NCBI GenBank assembly: GCA_046290225.1
Contig: JBKAGE010000037.1
Location: forward strand, 1 to 64,000
Direction: 5' to 3'
Length of the DNA stretch: 64,000 nucleotides
Source: Bradymonadia bacterium
GTDB taxonomy: Bacteria; Myxococcota_A; Bradymonadia; UBA7976; UBA1532
Positions 49,070 through 59,468 of this stretch are shown piece after piece. Made by a program: the position numbers and the translations under genes. Numbering within the stretch: position 1 is the stretch's first letter; each line of letters begins with the position of its first letter. Below the pieces are notes generated by a model. That model was not told where the DNA came from. It saw only the letters and a list, made by a program, of their open reading frames with translations, and ran no database searches.

Positions 49070-49539
49070 TCGAGGGCATCCTCCGACCGCCCACCTTCGA
49101 AGAGCTGCCTACTCTGGATCAGCTCTGTTTCCGCTCGAAAGCCAGCTGGGGCTACGACGCCGCGTTCATGGCGCGGTGTCGGCCTGCATTGTGTGTCGAT
49201 CGCACCCTCGCCTCTGCGGGGCTGGTCCAGGTGGCCATGCACGCCCGAGAGATCATGGGCGTGGCCCAGGTGAGCCTTCGCCGCACCGCCGGCGACGTGC
49301 GTGTGGCAGAGCTCGATCTGATGTTCGTGGATCCACCCGCTCACGGTTTGGGTCTGGGGCGGGCGCTGATGGGATGGGCCGTGGAGGTCGCCCGGGAGCG
49401 GCAGGCGCACCGACTGGAGATCTTGTCGGATCCCGGCGCCAAGGGGTTCTACCTGCGCTGTGGAGCGGTGTTGGTGGGCGACGCCCCCTCAGATGTGGTC
49501 CCCGGGCGTCGCCTGCCCTTGCTGCACGTCGAGTTGTGA
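49066..49539 (+). CDS. GNAT acetyltransferase
   Basis: MFVDPPAHGLGLGRAL, SDPGAKGFY; TTG start overlapping the upstream stop. Confidence 0.85.
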   Translation: MIEGILRPPTFEELPTLDQLCFRSKASWGYDAAFMARCRPALCVDRTLASAGLVQVAMHAREIMGVAQVSLRRTAGDVRVAELDLMFVDPPAHGLGLGRALMGWAVEVARERQAHRLEILSDPGAKGFYLRCGAVLVGDAPSDVVPGRRLPLLHVEL

Positions 49540-52467
49540 TCAAGGCGCGTCGAGGAAACCCTCGAAACGCACATCACCTCCCTCAGACCACAACACGGGG
49601 AAGGGCATTTCATCAGGATTGTCGAGATCGACGAGTGCCACACCGGAGCCCAACCCAATCGGGGTGGCAATCGCGAGCCAGCGACCGTCCGAAGAGAGCC
49701 CCACGGGCCAGACCGAGCGACCATCGGCGGGTGTCAGCAGTTGGGGGGAGCCACCCTCTAGATCGAGGGCATAAACATCGAGTTCGGGCGCGCCCGCCAC
49801 AGCAAACAACCGGCTGCCTTCATCGCTGCGCAAGAGCGGCGTGGCGACAGTGGTTGCTTCAGGCAGATTCAGAGAGACCAGCTCCAGCCCATCATCGGTG
49901 AGCATCCCCACAGACTGCGCGCTCAACACCTCACTGTAGGCACCTCTGCGATCGAGGTCGGCGACGAGCACATGCTCTTCCGGGGTGATGTGCGTCCAGA
50001 GCGAGCGGGGGTGTGCGTCGTCCATGCGCTCACCGCTGAAGAGGCGCGTGGTGTCGTCGGTGTCGAGGCTATATGTGTGAAACGAAAGCTCACCATCTGC
50101 CTGGGGAGACATCAACACCATCTGGCCGGCGAGCACACCCTGGAACGCATATCCCTGAGCACCATCGAGCACGGCCGACTCCACTCCAGTCTCCAGATCG
50201 ACCACGTGGATGGGCCAGTACACTTCGTTGTCGTTGTTGGACCAGCGGCTGAAGACGAGCTGTGATTCGTCGAGAAAGCCCAGAGGCACATCGGTCGCCT
50301 CAGGGGAGGGCCCAGCGTGCTGCCACATGCGCCCTGTCCGCAGATCCATCACGTAGATGACCTGCCCACTCTCCACGGACTCGGCCCATGCCACCCGCCA
50401 ACCACTCGGCGAGGCCACATGCGAGTCATAGGGCAGCCGCTCGATCACATGCACGATGGGCGCACGGTCGTCGAAGTACCTCACCTCCACCCTGGTGGAT
50501 TCCATAAGGAACACACCCGAGCCATCAGGGAGCATCCGCATGGCCTGCCGGTAAGGTGTGGGCCCCACAGGGCCGAGCAACTGTCGCGCGTCGGTGTGGT
50601 GGTCCCACCGGATCAACTCGCCGTCCGTCTCTCGCCGGAACACCGTCTGGGCACCATCGGTGAGCACTCCGAAGCGCTCGGCGGAGACGGCGCCGGTGCC
50701 GTACCACCCATCCACGGCGCTGGCGAGATAGTTGGACGTGACCCCTTCTGTACCAGGGAGGTCACGTTGAACGCCGCCCTCGCTCACGACGAGGTGTGCT
50801 CTTTGATCGATGGACACCGGCATACCCAGGATCACCCCCTCGGCAGTGGCCATGCAAAAACCCAATCGCTCACCTGTCGGTGCATTGTTCGACCCAACTC
50901 GTTCCATGTTGCGTGGCTGGCGCCCTTCTATGACCGTCTTCGACGGCGCCGTGCCATCGAGAGGTACCCGGGTCAGCTCGAAGTGCTCCCCGTCTCTCGT
51001 GGGCGCCGAGAACCAGAACGCTCCGTCTTTCTCACTGAGGCCACAGAGCTGATGTTGGGAAGTTTGAGTCCGATCCGCGGGCACATCGACGATGGTGGTG
51101 GGCTCCGGCGCGTCGAGAGGCAACACAGACACAGCATTCCCTGCGCCGAACCAGAGCAGCCTCTGAGTCTCGGAGAGGTGCAGGATCGTGTCCGGGGAGT
51201 AATATGCCCCCATCGCCAGGATCGATGGCTCACCGAGGTCGTCCCGGGTCAGGTCGAACCGCACCACGTGCCGGTAACGCTCGATGGCGACCACAGCAGA
51301 GCCGTCATCGAAAAACGCCGCATCGTTCCATGGTCCCCTGGGCCTCAAGACGCGCATGGCCTCTTCTCCGAGGCTGAGCAGGAGAGCTTCTTCCTCACCA
51401 TAGACGATGGCCCACCCCGCCTCGGCGTCGACGCTGACACGGTGCACGCGCTCGGTCTCGAAAGGGATCTCCACAGTGGGCCGCATACCCTGAAGGTCGA
51501 CCACTACGGCATGCACGGCCGTCTCGATGTGCGTGGTGTACACCAGCCAGCGCCCCTGCATCGCCACGGTGTGGCGATGCATGTCGTGCGGTGGGCCGTC
51601 GAGTCGTCTGCCGGGACCATCGTCGAAGAGCGAAGCGACCCAGGGGCCCTCGTGATTCACCCACGCGATGTTCTGGCCATCGTGTGCCATCGTCCCATTG
51701 CCTGCCTGCCCTGCCAAAGGTCGCCGTACCACGTGATGACCCGCAGGATCGATCCGGAGCCAGGGGCCGGCCCCTACGAGCCATTGGCCATCTTCGAGGA
51801 CTTGCGACTTGCCGAAGCTGGTGTGCGGCACGTGGGCCCACAAGGGCTCTGGCGATCCGCCGAAGTCTACCTGGGTCAAAATGGGGTGAGGCATGTGGGG
51901 CACCTGGCGCCGGCCCACGATGCCGCCACCCTTCACGGTCCACCACTGCCCCTGTGGCGCCATCTGGCCTGGGGACACCGACATCACCCCATTGGCCGAA
52001 CTGACGTGTCTGATTTCGATGGGCTGCGAGCCGCCGTACGGCATCCGATGCGCCCAATGTGTCCCCACCACGTCGGGCAGCACACGGCCCCCCTCACACA
52101 CCCCTTCGACACATCGATCCCCCATGGTCTCCGGGTCGGAATCATCACAGGGCGTACCATCGACTCGGGGCCGCACGACACACTGCCCATCGATACACTG
52201 ACCCACCTGACATGGCGCATTTTCGAACTCAGGGCATGTGCAAGGGACCTCAGCGTCAGGCACCACAGCATCAACTTCGAGTGGAGGCCCAGCATCTGAG
52301 AGATCTGCATCTGTGAGCGCAGCATCAGGTGTGATGTCGGTGCCGACATCCGGTGACAACGCACCATCGGCGTTGTCGGGCTGGTCCGGCTCTCGGGTCC
52401 GCACATCGTCGCCGCAGCCCCACAAGGCCAACGATACGGCAAAGATCACTCGACTCGCCTTGCGCAT
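49540..52467 (-). CDS. Large lipoprotein with a Cys-rich module and beta-propeller(s)
   Basis: LWGC lipobox; DGTPCDDSDP..DRCVEGVC; TolB/PD40-like blades (SPSGWRVAW, SSDGRWLA). Confidence 0.65.
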   Translation of the reverse strand: MRKASRVIFAVSLALWGCGDDVRTREPDQPDNADGALSPDVGTDITPDAALTDADLSDAGPPLEVDAVVPDAEVPCTCPEFENAPCQVGQCIDGQCVVRPRVDGTPCDDSDPETMGDRCVEGVCEGGRVLPDVVGTHWAHRMPYGGSQPIEIRHVSSANGVMSVSPGQMAPQGQWWTVKGGGIVGRRQVPHMPHPILTQVDFGGSPEPLWAHVPHTSFGKSQVLEDGQWLVGAGPWLRIDPAGHHVVRRPLAGQAGNGTMAHDGQNIAWVNHEGPWVASLFDDGPGRRLDGPPHDMHRHTVAMQGRWLVYTTHIETAVHAVVVDLQGMRPTVEIPFETERVHRVSVDAEAGWAIVYGEEEALLLSLGEEAMRVLRPRGPWNDAAFFDDGSAVVAIERYRHVVRFDLTRDDLGEPSILAMGAYYSPDTILHLSETQRLLWFGAGNAVSVLPLDAPEPTTIVDVPADRTQTSQHQLCGLSEKDGAFWFSAPTRDGEHFELTRVPLDGTAPSKTVIEGRQPRNMERVGSNNAPTGERLGFCMATAEGVILGMPVSIDQRAHLVVSEGGVQRDLPGTEGVTSNYLASAVDGWYGTGAVSAERFGVLTDGAQTVFRRETDGELIRWDHHTDARQLLGPVGPTPYRQAMRMLPDGSGVFLMESTRVEVRYFDDRAPIVHVIERLPYDSHVASPSGWRVAWAESVESGQVIYVMDLRTGRMWQHAGPSPEATDVPLGFLDESQLVFSRWSNNDNEVYWPIHVVDLETGVESAVLDGAQGYAFQGVLAGQMVLMSPQADGELSFHTYSLDTDDTTRLFSGERMDDAHPRSLWTHITPEEHVLVADLDRRGAYSEVLSAQSVGMLTDDGLELVSLNLPEATTVATPLLRSDEGSRLFAVAGAPELDVYALDLEGGSPQLLTPADGRSVWPVGLSSDGRWLAIATPIGLGSGVALVDLDNPDEMPFPVLWSEGGDVRFEGFLDAP

Positions 52468-52567
52468 GCTCAATGCCCCCATCACATACATCTCTGGGTG
52501 TACGAGATGTGTGTATGCAGGCCTCCCAGCTCGAAACGCTCGGCCCGCCACATAGACTTATCGCAAT

Positions 52568-52849
52568 CTACGCGTTCAGTGCAGCGCCGATGTGCGTGGG
52601 GCATACACGGAGGAAGAGCGGCCCGCTCACGAGACCCTCTGGGCTGCGCTCGACCACAGCATCTCTGCTGGGGGCCACTTCAGCGTCTGACAGCTCCAGG
52701 TGAACGTCTGTGACGAATACGCCGGCGTCCTGACCCGCATCTTCACCAAATGCCTGCACCTCAGAGCCGATGTTACGGGCGCGCTCAGCCTCACAGCCCA
52801 GCATGCTCCACACGGCCATCCACCACACAGACATCTTGAAATTGCGCAC
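52568..52849 (-). pseudogene. Short lipoprotein or truncated lipoprotein remnant
   Basis: MLGC lipobox and a DAG-type linker, then a stop with no recognisable folded domain. Confidence 0.35.
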
Positions 52850-53012
52850 ACCACACCCCCTGCCAATGCACATCAGCAGTGTGCGTATCAGGGTCAGGCA
52901 GCGCAATGCAGCGCTTGAAGCTCAATCTACAATTGAGAACAAAACAACACGAATCCGATACTTGCCTCAGGCTCGATGCCAGAGTGATGCGTAATTTGGC
53001 TCTGCGGTCACC

Positions 53013-53029
53013 CTGGCACCCTCCTTGCT
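53013..53029 (+). promoter_or_regulatory. sigma54 -24/-12 promoter of the alpha-2-macroglobulin gene
   Basis: CTGGCACCCTCCTTGCT; palindrome CTCAAT-N5-ATTGAG at 52921-52937 upstream. Confidence 0.75.
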
Positions 53030-53117
53030 GAACCTGAGGGCCGGAGTCCGCCCCCTACGTGGGGGCTCAGCGTAAACAGTCACTTCTGTTGTGCATCACA
53101 TCAAGGAGGCAGGACCC

Positions 53118-56100
53118 ATGCGTCCATCCATCTCTCGAGATGGCGACGGCCACGTACGCGCTCATCGGCGCGCCGTCGCCATCGCCCGTCGCTCGCCCAT
53201 CAGCGAAACCTCGGCACGGTGGGGTCTCGCGGGCCTGCTCGCTGTCGCCGCCATGGTCTCGGTCACCGCCGTCAGCGTCGCCCGGGCCGCCCCTGCTCAG
53301 GCAGAAGCCCGGCCGGTCACCGTCTACCACAACGGCTGCTACGCCCCACAATGCCCCGTGCGGTTCACCTTCAGCGCCCCCATGGTGAAGGTGCCCAAAA
53401 AGGGGAAGCTCGAGGGCACCGGCCCCGTGGAGATCAGCTTCAAGCCCGCCATCGCCGGCACCTACCACTGGCCCGACGATCGCAACCTCGTCTTCACCCC
53501 CGCGAAGGGGGCCATGAATCATGGCACCGAGGCCGAGATTCACATCACCCGGGCCATCCCGCTCAGCGGCCCCACTCAGCAACTCGCCAAAGCCTGGAAG
53601 GGCTGGGTCATGGCCCCGAACTATGCCGCCGCGGGCAAGGTGGCGTGGTGGCCCGTGAAGGACGGCCGGCCCCGGTTCGTGGCCTTCTTGAACGATCACA
53701 GCCGGCAGATCGGCAAGGGGCCGCTCTTCTTGCTCTACGATCAGCCCGTCGACCCGAGGGCCCTCAAGGGCATGATGAGCGCCCGTGACGAAGCGGGCCG
53801 GCCGCTGCCCATCAGCGTCACCCGCCCTCGGAGCATCAAGTCGGTGTGGTCCGAAGCGGGCGTCGACCTGAAGCACGTGGTGGCCCTCACGCTGCGACGG
53901 CGCCCCAAAGCGGAGAGCAAGGTGCACCTGTCGCTGCCCACGTGGGACAAAGACGGGCCCACCTTCAGCACCCCCACCCTCGAAGCGACCAGCGATTTCG
54001 AGGCCGAGGCCTTCAGCCTCGAAGGCGAAGACAACCCTGATCGCGTACCCCTCGGCGCCCGCCTCGAGCTGCGGTTCGATCGGCCCGTGCGCACCGAGGT
54101 CGTGCGCAAGCACCTGAAGATCACCCCCGAGCCCCGCTCGGTGGAGATGTGGTCCTGGGATCACACCGTGGTGGCCTACCTCAACATGGCCCCAGGCACC
54201 CGCTACACCGTGAAGCTGAAGAAGGGCATGCCCGATCTGCTGGGCAACCACCTGAAGACGTCGGAGACGATCTCGTTCCGCACCGCTGATCTGCCCCCTC
54301 GCCTCGTGGTCTCTCAGCAGGAGTTGCTGCTGGAGCCCGGCCTCGCCGAGGTGCATGTAGGTGCCCGGAACCTCGAAGGCCTCGTGGTCACCGCCCACAC
54401 CGTGGAATCACCGGAAGCCTTCATCGCTGGCCTGAAGCAGGGCTCAGCGGAGCAGTGTGGTGACTACCCTGGCGTCGACGCCGTGGGCCACCCCCTGAAG
54501 CTGCCCCGCACGCTCCATCGTGGCGCCCCCCTCAACGACGAGGGACAGGCAAAGTTGCCCCTCGGCGGCCTGAGCGGGCTCTACTGCCTGAACTTCACTG
54601 CGGGCACCCGAGGCACTGAAGCCAAGGCCCAGACCCCCAAGGGCGACGCCACCCTCACCCGGACCAGCCTGGTGCAGATCGCCGATCTCGCCGCCACGGT
54701 GAAGGTGGGCGAGGACGAGAGCCTCACCTGGCTCACGGGCCTGCGGGACGGCGCCCCCATCACCGGCGCTCAGGTGCAGCTCATCGACGCCGAGGGCAAC
54801 CTGCGGGCTGGTGGTTTCACCGACGCCCACGGTGTGGCGCGTCTGCCCACCCCCGGGGCCCTGGAGCAGGGTCGTCTGATGATGCCGATGTACCTGATGG
54901 CCCGTCACGACGGCGACTCGGTGCTCACCTTGCTCGACAACGAGCACCTGTCTCAGCCCTGGCAGTTCGGTTTGCCTGGCCCGGTGAGCGGTCACGAGCC
55001 CTTCGAGGCCGCGGCCTTCACCGAGCGCGGCGTATACCGCCCTGGTGAGACTGTGCATGCCCAGGTGGTGGCCCCCAAGCACAAAGTGTCTGCTGGCGAG
55101 AGCGCTCCCGAGGTGGATCTCACCGTGGTAGACGCCCGAGGCCGCACAGTGGCCGAGGAAAGCATCGAGCTCGACGGCTTTGGCGTCGGCGCCCTGGAGA
55201 TTCCGCTCAAGGCCACCGCCTCTACGGGGACCTACACCCTCAAGGTGGAGCACGCCGGCGAGCTGCTCACCCGGCGGTTCCTCGTGGAAGAGTACCGCGT
55301 GCCCACCTTCGAGGTGGGGGTGAGCGAGGCTGGCAAGAAGACCCCCTGGCGCCCCGGCGCCACGGTGAACGCCCGCATCAAGGCCAGCTACCTGCACGGC
55401 GGCAAGCTCGCCGGCCGCTCGGTGAAGTACACCGTCGATCGGGTGCCTGTGGCGGTGACCTCCAAGGCCTTCCCCAAGTTCACCTTCGGGGGCGATCCCG
55501 GCGCACGGTCGGTGAGTCTAAACCCTCGCGTCACCGAGGGAGAAGGTATGCTCGACGACGCCGGCGCCCTGAAGGTGGCCTTCCCCATCTCCCGCAACAA
55601 GAGCCCCAGCCCTCACCGCTACGTGCTCTGGGCCGAGGTCACCGACGTCGATCGTCAGGCCTACGCCGGCCGTCTGGGCAAGGTGGTGCACCCCACTGAT
55701 CTCTACCTGGGTACGCAGCGCCCCGCGGGCTACACGATCAAGGCCGGGCGCACCCTCGAGGTGCCTGTGGTGGCCGTCGATGCGAAGGGTCGCCCCCATG
55801 CTGGCATCCGGGCCAAGGTCTCCCTGGAGCAGGTGGAGTACCGCAGTGTGCGTCGGCTCACCCGCACCGGCGAGGTCCGCTGGGTGAACCACACCAAGGT
55901 GCGCACGGTGAAGACCTGCCGCCTGCGCACTGCCGAGACCGCCCGTCGCTGTGATCTGAAGGTGGCCAAAGCCGGCCGCTACCGCGTGCGCGTCACCGGC
56001 AAGGATCGCAAGGGCCGCCGCATCAGCACCGGCTACGAGATCACCGCCAGCGGCTACGAGCCCTCGACCTGGCCTCGCTTCGATCAGGACCAGATCACCG

Positions 56101-59027
56101 TGGTGAGCGACAAGGCGAGCTACCAGCCCGGCGACACGGCGAAGCTGGTGGTGGAGTCGCCCTTCGAGGCCGCCTGGGCCCTGGCCACCCTCGAGGGTGA
56201 CGGCGTGCGCTGGCACAAGGCCTTCCCCATCAAGGGCGACACCCCCTCCATCGAGATCCCCCTCGAAGGCATCGACGCCCCCGAGGTCTACGCCGGCGTC
56301 ACCCTGATCCGCGGTCGCGTGCACCGCCTCACCGACGGCGCGGGCCTCGAGACCGGTGGCCCCACCTTCAAGATCGGCTACGCCCGGCTGAAGGTGGATC
56401 CCGCTCATCAGCGCCTCGCGGTGCAGGTGACCCCCAACGCCACCACCACGGCCCCCGGCAGCGAGGCGGTGGTCGACCTCGAGATCAACGGCCCCGACGG
56501 CACGCCTTCGAACGGTCAGGCCGTGGTCATGGCCGTGGACGAGGCGGTGCTGGGCCTCACGGCGTACCGCACCCCGAACCCCGTGGCAGAGCTCTTCGCC
56601 CGACAGCCTCTCAACGTGCGCACCGGCGAAGGCCGTCTGGAGTTGCCTCAGGCCCGCATGCGTCGATACGCCATCTCCCCCGCGGGCGATGGTGGCGACG
56701 CAGGCAACGAGATGAAGGTGGATCCCACTCAGGACAACCTGCGCAACCTGTTCAAGACCACGGCCTTCCTCGACCCCCGGGTGAAGGTGATCAACGGCCG
56801 GGCTCGGGTGCGCTTCGATCTGCCCGACAACCTGACCACCTACCGCGTGATGGCGGTGGTGGTCGACGGCGAGGGCCGCACGGGCTCTGCAGAGAGCAAG
56901 ATCACCCTGCGCAAGCCCCTGATGGTGCAGGCGGTGGTACCCCGCTTCGTGTACCCCGACGATCGCCTCGCCGTAGAGGCCCTGGTCTACAACGCCACCG
57001 AGTCTGACGGTGAGGTGGCGGTGAGCGCCCGTTTCATCGGCATGACCCCGGTCCGTGGCGCAGTGCCGGCGAGCATCGAACGCAGCGGTCGGCCTGATCG
57101 CCTCGGTGTCGTGAAGTCCGAGAACACTGGCAGCTTCAGCTTCCCGGTGAAGGTGCAGGTGCCCGCCCCTGTGGACGGCCTGCTGACGCACCCCGAGGTG
57201 AAGATCGAGTTCACCGCTCGCATGGGCGATCTGGTGGATCGCGTGCAGGTGGCGGTGCCGGTCCTCGATCCCGGCTCGGCACGGGCCGAGGTAGCCAACG
57301 CCATGATCCAGGGCAAGGGGGCCGAGAGCATCGCCCTCACCCTGCCGGGGCAGCGCCGCCCGGGCACGGGTCAGATCGAACTGAACGTGAGCACCACCAG
57401 CCTCACCCGCCTCGCCGGCGCCGTGGAATACCTGATGGGCTACCCCAACGGCTGCATCGAGCAGACCACCAGCCGGGCCTACCCTCTGGTGATGCTCGAG
57501 GACCTGCTCCCCGAGATGGGCGTGAAGGTGGACCCGGTGAAGCTCAAGGAGTACGCCACCGCGGGTGTGAAGCGGCTGCTGAGCTTCCAGACCCCGGAGG
57601 GTGGCCTGAGCTACTGGCCTGGCAGCGACACCCCCCACGCCTTCGGCACGGCCTTCGGCCTCACGGCCCTCCTCGAGGCCAAGAAGCGTGGCTACGACGT
57701 GCCCGACGTGGCCCTGAGCCGTATGGCCGATTACCTGGAGCGCCAGCTGCGCAAGGGCACGATCTCCCAGGAGATGCCCCACGGCAGCATGGCCGACGCC
57801 GACACCCGAGCCCTCTTCGTGATGACCTTGGGCCGTCTGGGCCGCACCCAGGTGGAGTACATCCAGCGCCTCTGGCAGCAGAAAGAGGCCCTCACCCCCT
57901 TCGGCTTGTCATTCCTGGCCACTTCCGTGGTGGAGGCTCAGGCCAAGGGCGAGGACAAGGGCACCGGCGGCCTGCTGGACGAGATCCTGGTGGCCATCCA
58001 GGAGAAGGCCCAGCAAGATCCCGATGAGGCCTGGTACGGCGGCAAGGCGAAGAAGGGCTGGTCCTTCGACAGCAGCCTGCGCACCCACGCCTCGGCCCTG
58101 CTGGCCTTCTCCAGCGTGCCCGCCAGCGTGATGCAGCGCCCAGAAATGCAGGGCATGAGCGGCAAGCTGCTCAACGGCCTGCTCAACCGCCAGAAGTACG
58201 GCCTCTGGGGGAACACGCAGGAGAACGTCTTCGGCGTGATGGGCGTGGCCCGCTACGTGGGCGCTGGCAGCAAGCAGGCTGGCGACGGCGACGCCCCGAC
58301 CTTCAACCTGAAGATCGACGGTCAGCTGATCCCCGCCGACGCCCTGCAGATCGAGAAGCTCGGCGGCCGCACCCACCGAGTGGTGATGTCCGAGGCTCGC
58401 TTGTTGGAGATTCTGGACGAGGCGGGCAAGCCCGTGGGCGGCCAGAGCGGTGATCTGGCCCCGGCCTTCACCATCGAGAACCCCGGCGGCAAGCCCCTGA
58501 CCCTCACGGGCCGTGCGGACTACCGCGTGGAGTTGAAGCCTGAAGACAGCAAGCCCGTGGCCAAGGGCCTGGCGGTCCGCCGCAGCTACACCACCCTCGA
58601 CGGCCAGACCATCGCCGCGGGCGATGTGATCCCCCTGGGCAGCGTGGTCCGGGTCCGGGTGGAGGTGGACGCTGACGATCTCACTCACTACGTGGCCATC
58701 GACGACAAGCTGCCCGCAGGCCTGGAGCCGATGAACGCGGCCTTCGCCACGAGCGCCCCGACTCAGGTCTTCGGCTCTGGTGGGCCCGACGCCCGCATCA
58801 CCTCGGGACTGCGGGTGCTCAGCCACCACGAGATCCGCGACGAGCGGGTGGCCTTCTACGTGGACGAGATGCCCAAGGGGAAGTTCGCCTTCACGTACCT
58901 GGCCCGGGCGACGATGGCAGGTGCATTCCGCCGTCCGGCGGCCCGCGCCGAGGCGATGTACGATCCGGAGACGATCGGGTTGACGGCCATCGACACGGTC
59001 ATCGTGGCACCGAACGAAGAGGGGTGA
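53118..59027 (+). CDS. Bacterial alpha-2-macroglobulin (YfhM-like)
   Basis: AAGGAGG RBS; TERGVYRPGETV, VEEYRVPTFEV, LPDNLTTYR, thioester motif YPNGCIEQ, DKLPAGLEP, AEAMY; followed by pbpC. Confidence 0.93.
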   Translation: MRPSISRDGDGHVRAHRRAVAIARRSPISETSARWGLAGLLAVAAMVSVTAVSVARAAPAQAEARPVTVYHNGCYAPQCPVRFTFSAPMVKVPKKGKLEGTGPVEISFKPAIAGTYHWPDDRNLVFTPAKGAMNHGTEAEIHITRAIPLSGPTQQLAKAWKGWVMAPNYAAAGKVAWWPVKDGRPRFVAFLNDHSRQIGKGPLFLLYDQPVDPRALKGMMSARDEAGRPLPISVTRPRSIKSVWSEAGVDLKHVVALTLRRRPKAESKVHLSLPTWDKDGPTFSTPTLEATSDFEAEAFSLEGEDNPDRVPLGARLELRFDRPVRTEVVRKHLKITPEPRSVEMWSWDHTVVAYLNMAPGTRYTVKLKKGMPDLLGNHLKTSETISFRTADLPPRLVVSQQELLLEPGLAEVHVGARNLEGLVVTAHTVESPEAFIAGLKQGSAEQCGDYPGVDAVGHPLKLPRTLHRGAPLNDEGQAKLPLGGLSGLYCLNFTAGTRGTEAKAQTPKGDATLTRTSLVQIADLAATVKVGEDESLTWLTGLRDGAPITGAQVQLIDAEGNLRAGGFTDAHGVARLPTPGALEQGRLMMPMYLMARHDGDSVLTLLDNEHLSQPWQFGLPGPVSGHEPFEAAAFTERGVYRPGETVHAQVVAPKHKVSAGESAPEVDLTVVDARGRTVAEESIELDGFGVGALEIPLKATASTGTYTLKVEHAGELLTRRFLVEEYRVPTFEVGVSEAGKKTPWRPGATVNARIKASYLHGGKLAGRSVKYTVDRVPVAVTSKAFPKFTFGGDPGARSVSLNPRVTEGEGMLDDAGALKVAFPISRNKSPSPHRYVLWAEVTDVDRQAYAGRLGKVVHPTDLYLGTQRPAGYTIKAGRTLEVPVVAVDAKGRPHAGIRAKVSLEQVEYRSVRRLTRTGEVRWVNHTKVRTVKTCRLRTAETARRCDLKVAKAGRYRVRVTGKDRKGRRISTGYEITASGYEPSTWPRFDQDQITVVSDKASYQPGDTAKLVVESPFEAAWALATLEGDGVRWHKAFPIKGDTPSIEIPLEGIDAPEVYAGVTLIRGRVHRLTDGAGLETGGPTFKIGYARLKVDPAHQRLAVQVTPNATTTAPGSEAVVDLEINGPDGTPSNGQAVVMAVDEAVLGLTAYRTPNPVAELFARQPLNVRTGEGRLELPQARMRRYAISPAGDGGDAGNEMKVDPTQDNLRNLFKTTAFLDPRVKVINGRARVRFDLPDNLTTYRVMAVVVDGEGRTGSAESKITLRKPLMVQAVVPRFVYPDDRLAVEALVYNATESDGEVAVSARFIGMTPVRGAVPASIERSGRPDRLGVVKSENTGSFSFPVKVQVPAPVDGLLTHPEVKIEFTARMGDLVDRVQVAVPVLDPGSARAEVANAMIQGKGAESIALTLPGQRRPGTGQIELNVSTTSLTRLAGAVEYLMGYPNGCIEQTTSRAYPLVMLEDLLPEMGVKVDPVKLKEYATAGVKRLLSFQTPEGGLSYWPGSDTPHAFGTAFGLTALLEAKKRGYDVPDVALSRMADYLERQLRKGTISQEMPHGSMADADTRALFVMTLGRLGRTQVEYIQRLWQQKEALTPFGLSFLATSVVEAQAKGEDKGTGGLLDEILVAIQEKAQQDPDEAWYGGKAKKGWSFDSSLRTHASALLAFSSVPASVMQRPEMQGMSGKLLNGLLNRQKYGLWGNTQENVFGVMGVARYVGAGSKQAGDGDAPTFNLKIDGQLIPADALQIEKLGGRTHRVVMSEARLLEILDEAGKPVGGQSGDLAPAFTIENPGGKPLTLTGRADYRVELKPEDSKPVAKGLAVRRSYTTLDGQTIAAGDVIPLGSVVRVRVEVDADDLTHYVAIDDKLPAGLEPMNAAFATSAPTQVFGSGGPDARITSGLRVLSHHEIRDERVAFYVDEMPKGKFAFTYLARATMAGAFRRPAARAEAMYDPETIGLTAIDTVIVAPNEEG

Positions 59028-59044
59028 GCTCCGGCTTCGCCGGT

Positions 59045-59349
59045 AAGAGAGTTTCGGGCACGGGCACGGGCACGGGCACGGGCACGAGTTGATACATATG
59101 TGGACCCGTGGCCTCGTATGACTCCGCTCGTAGGCTTGTGGTGATGGAGGCTCTGCTCGGCCCCATGCTCCCGTCAGTAGAAGCTCTGAGCTTCAGCCCC
59201 CCAAGACCTGAACTCTCAGGCCATTCCCATACGTATCTTCTCAGCTCCCATGACAACCTTCGCCCTGAATCCAGGAAGGGCCACGGGTCAGAGTATGTAT
59301 CAACTCGTGCCCGTGCCCGTGCCCGTGCCCGTGCCCGAAAAACTCTCTT
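59045..59349. repeat. ~305-bp foldback element (MITE/REP-like) with ~70-bp inverted arms containing (CGGGCA)5
   Basis: Left arm 59045-59113 and right arm 59279-59349 are near-perfect reverse complements; ~165-bp unique spacer. Confidence 0.85.
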
Positions 59350-59468
59350 TGCGAGCGGAGCGAGCCCCCCTTTGAAAGAGCCACCCAGAATTTTCTAAAT
59401 CCAATCATCAACTCTACAGATCAAAGACAACACACGACCCTTGCCCACCAAAAACAGCCACTCCAGCG

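Noticed and set aside
50317..57782. Long ORFs 50317..52299 (+) and 55518..57782 (-)
   Set aside because: They lie antisense to the propeller lipoprotein and A2M genes and have shadow-ORF composition.
58999..59398. ORFs with VPVPVP or RARARA repeats
   Set aside because: They are translations of the (CGGGCA)5 arms, with no RBS or coding bias.
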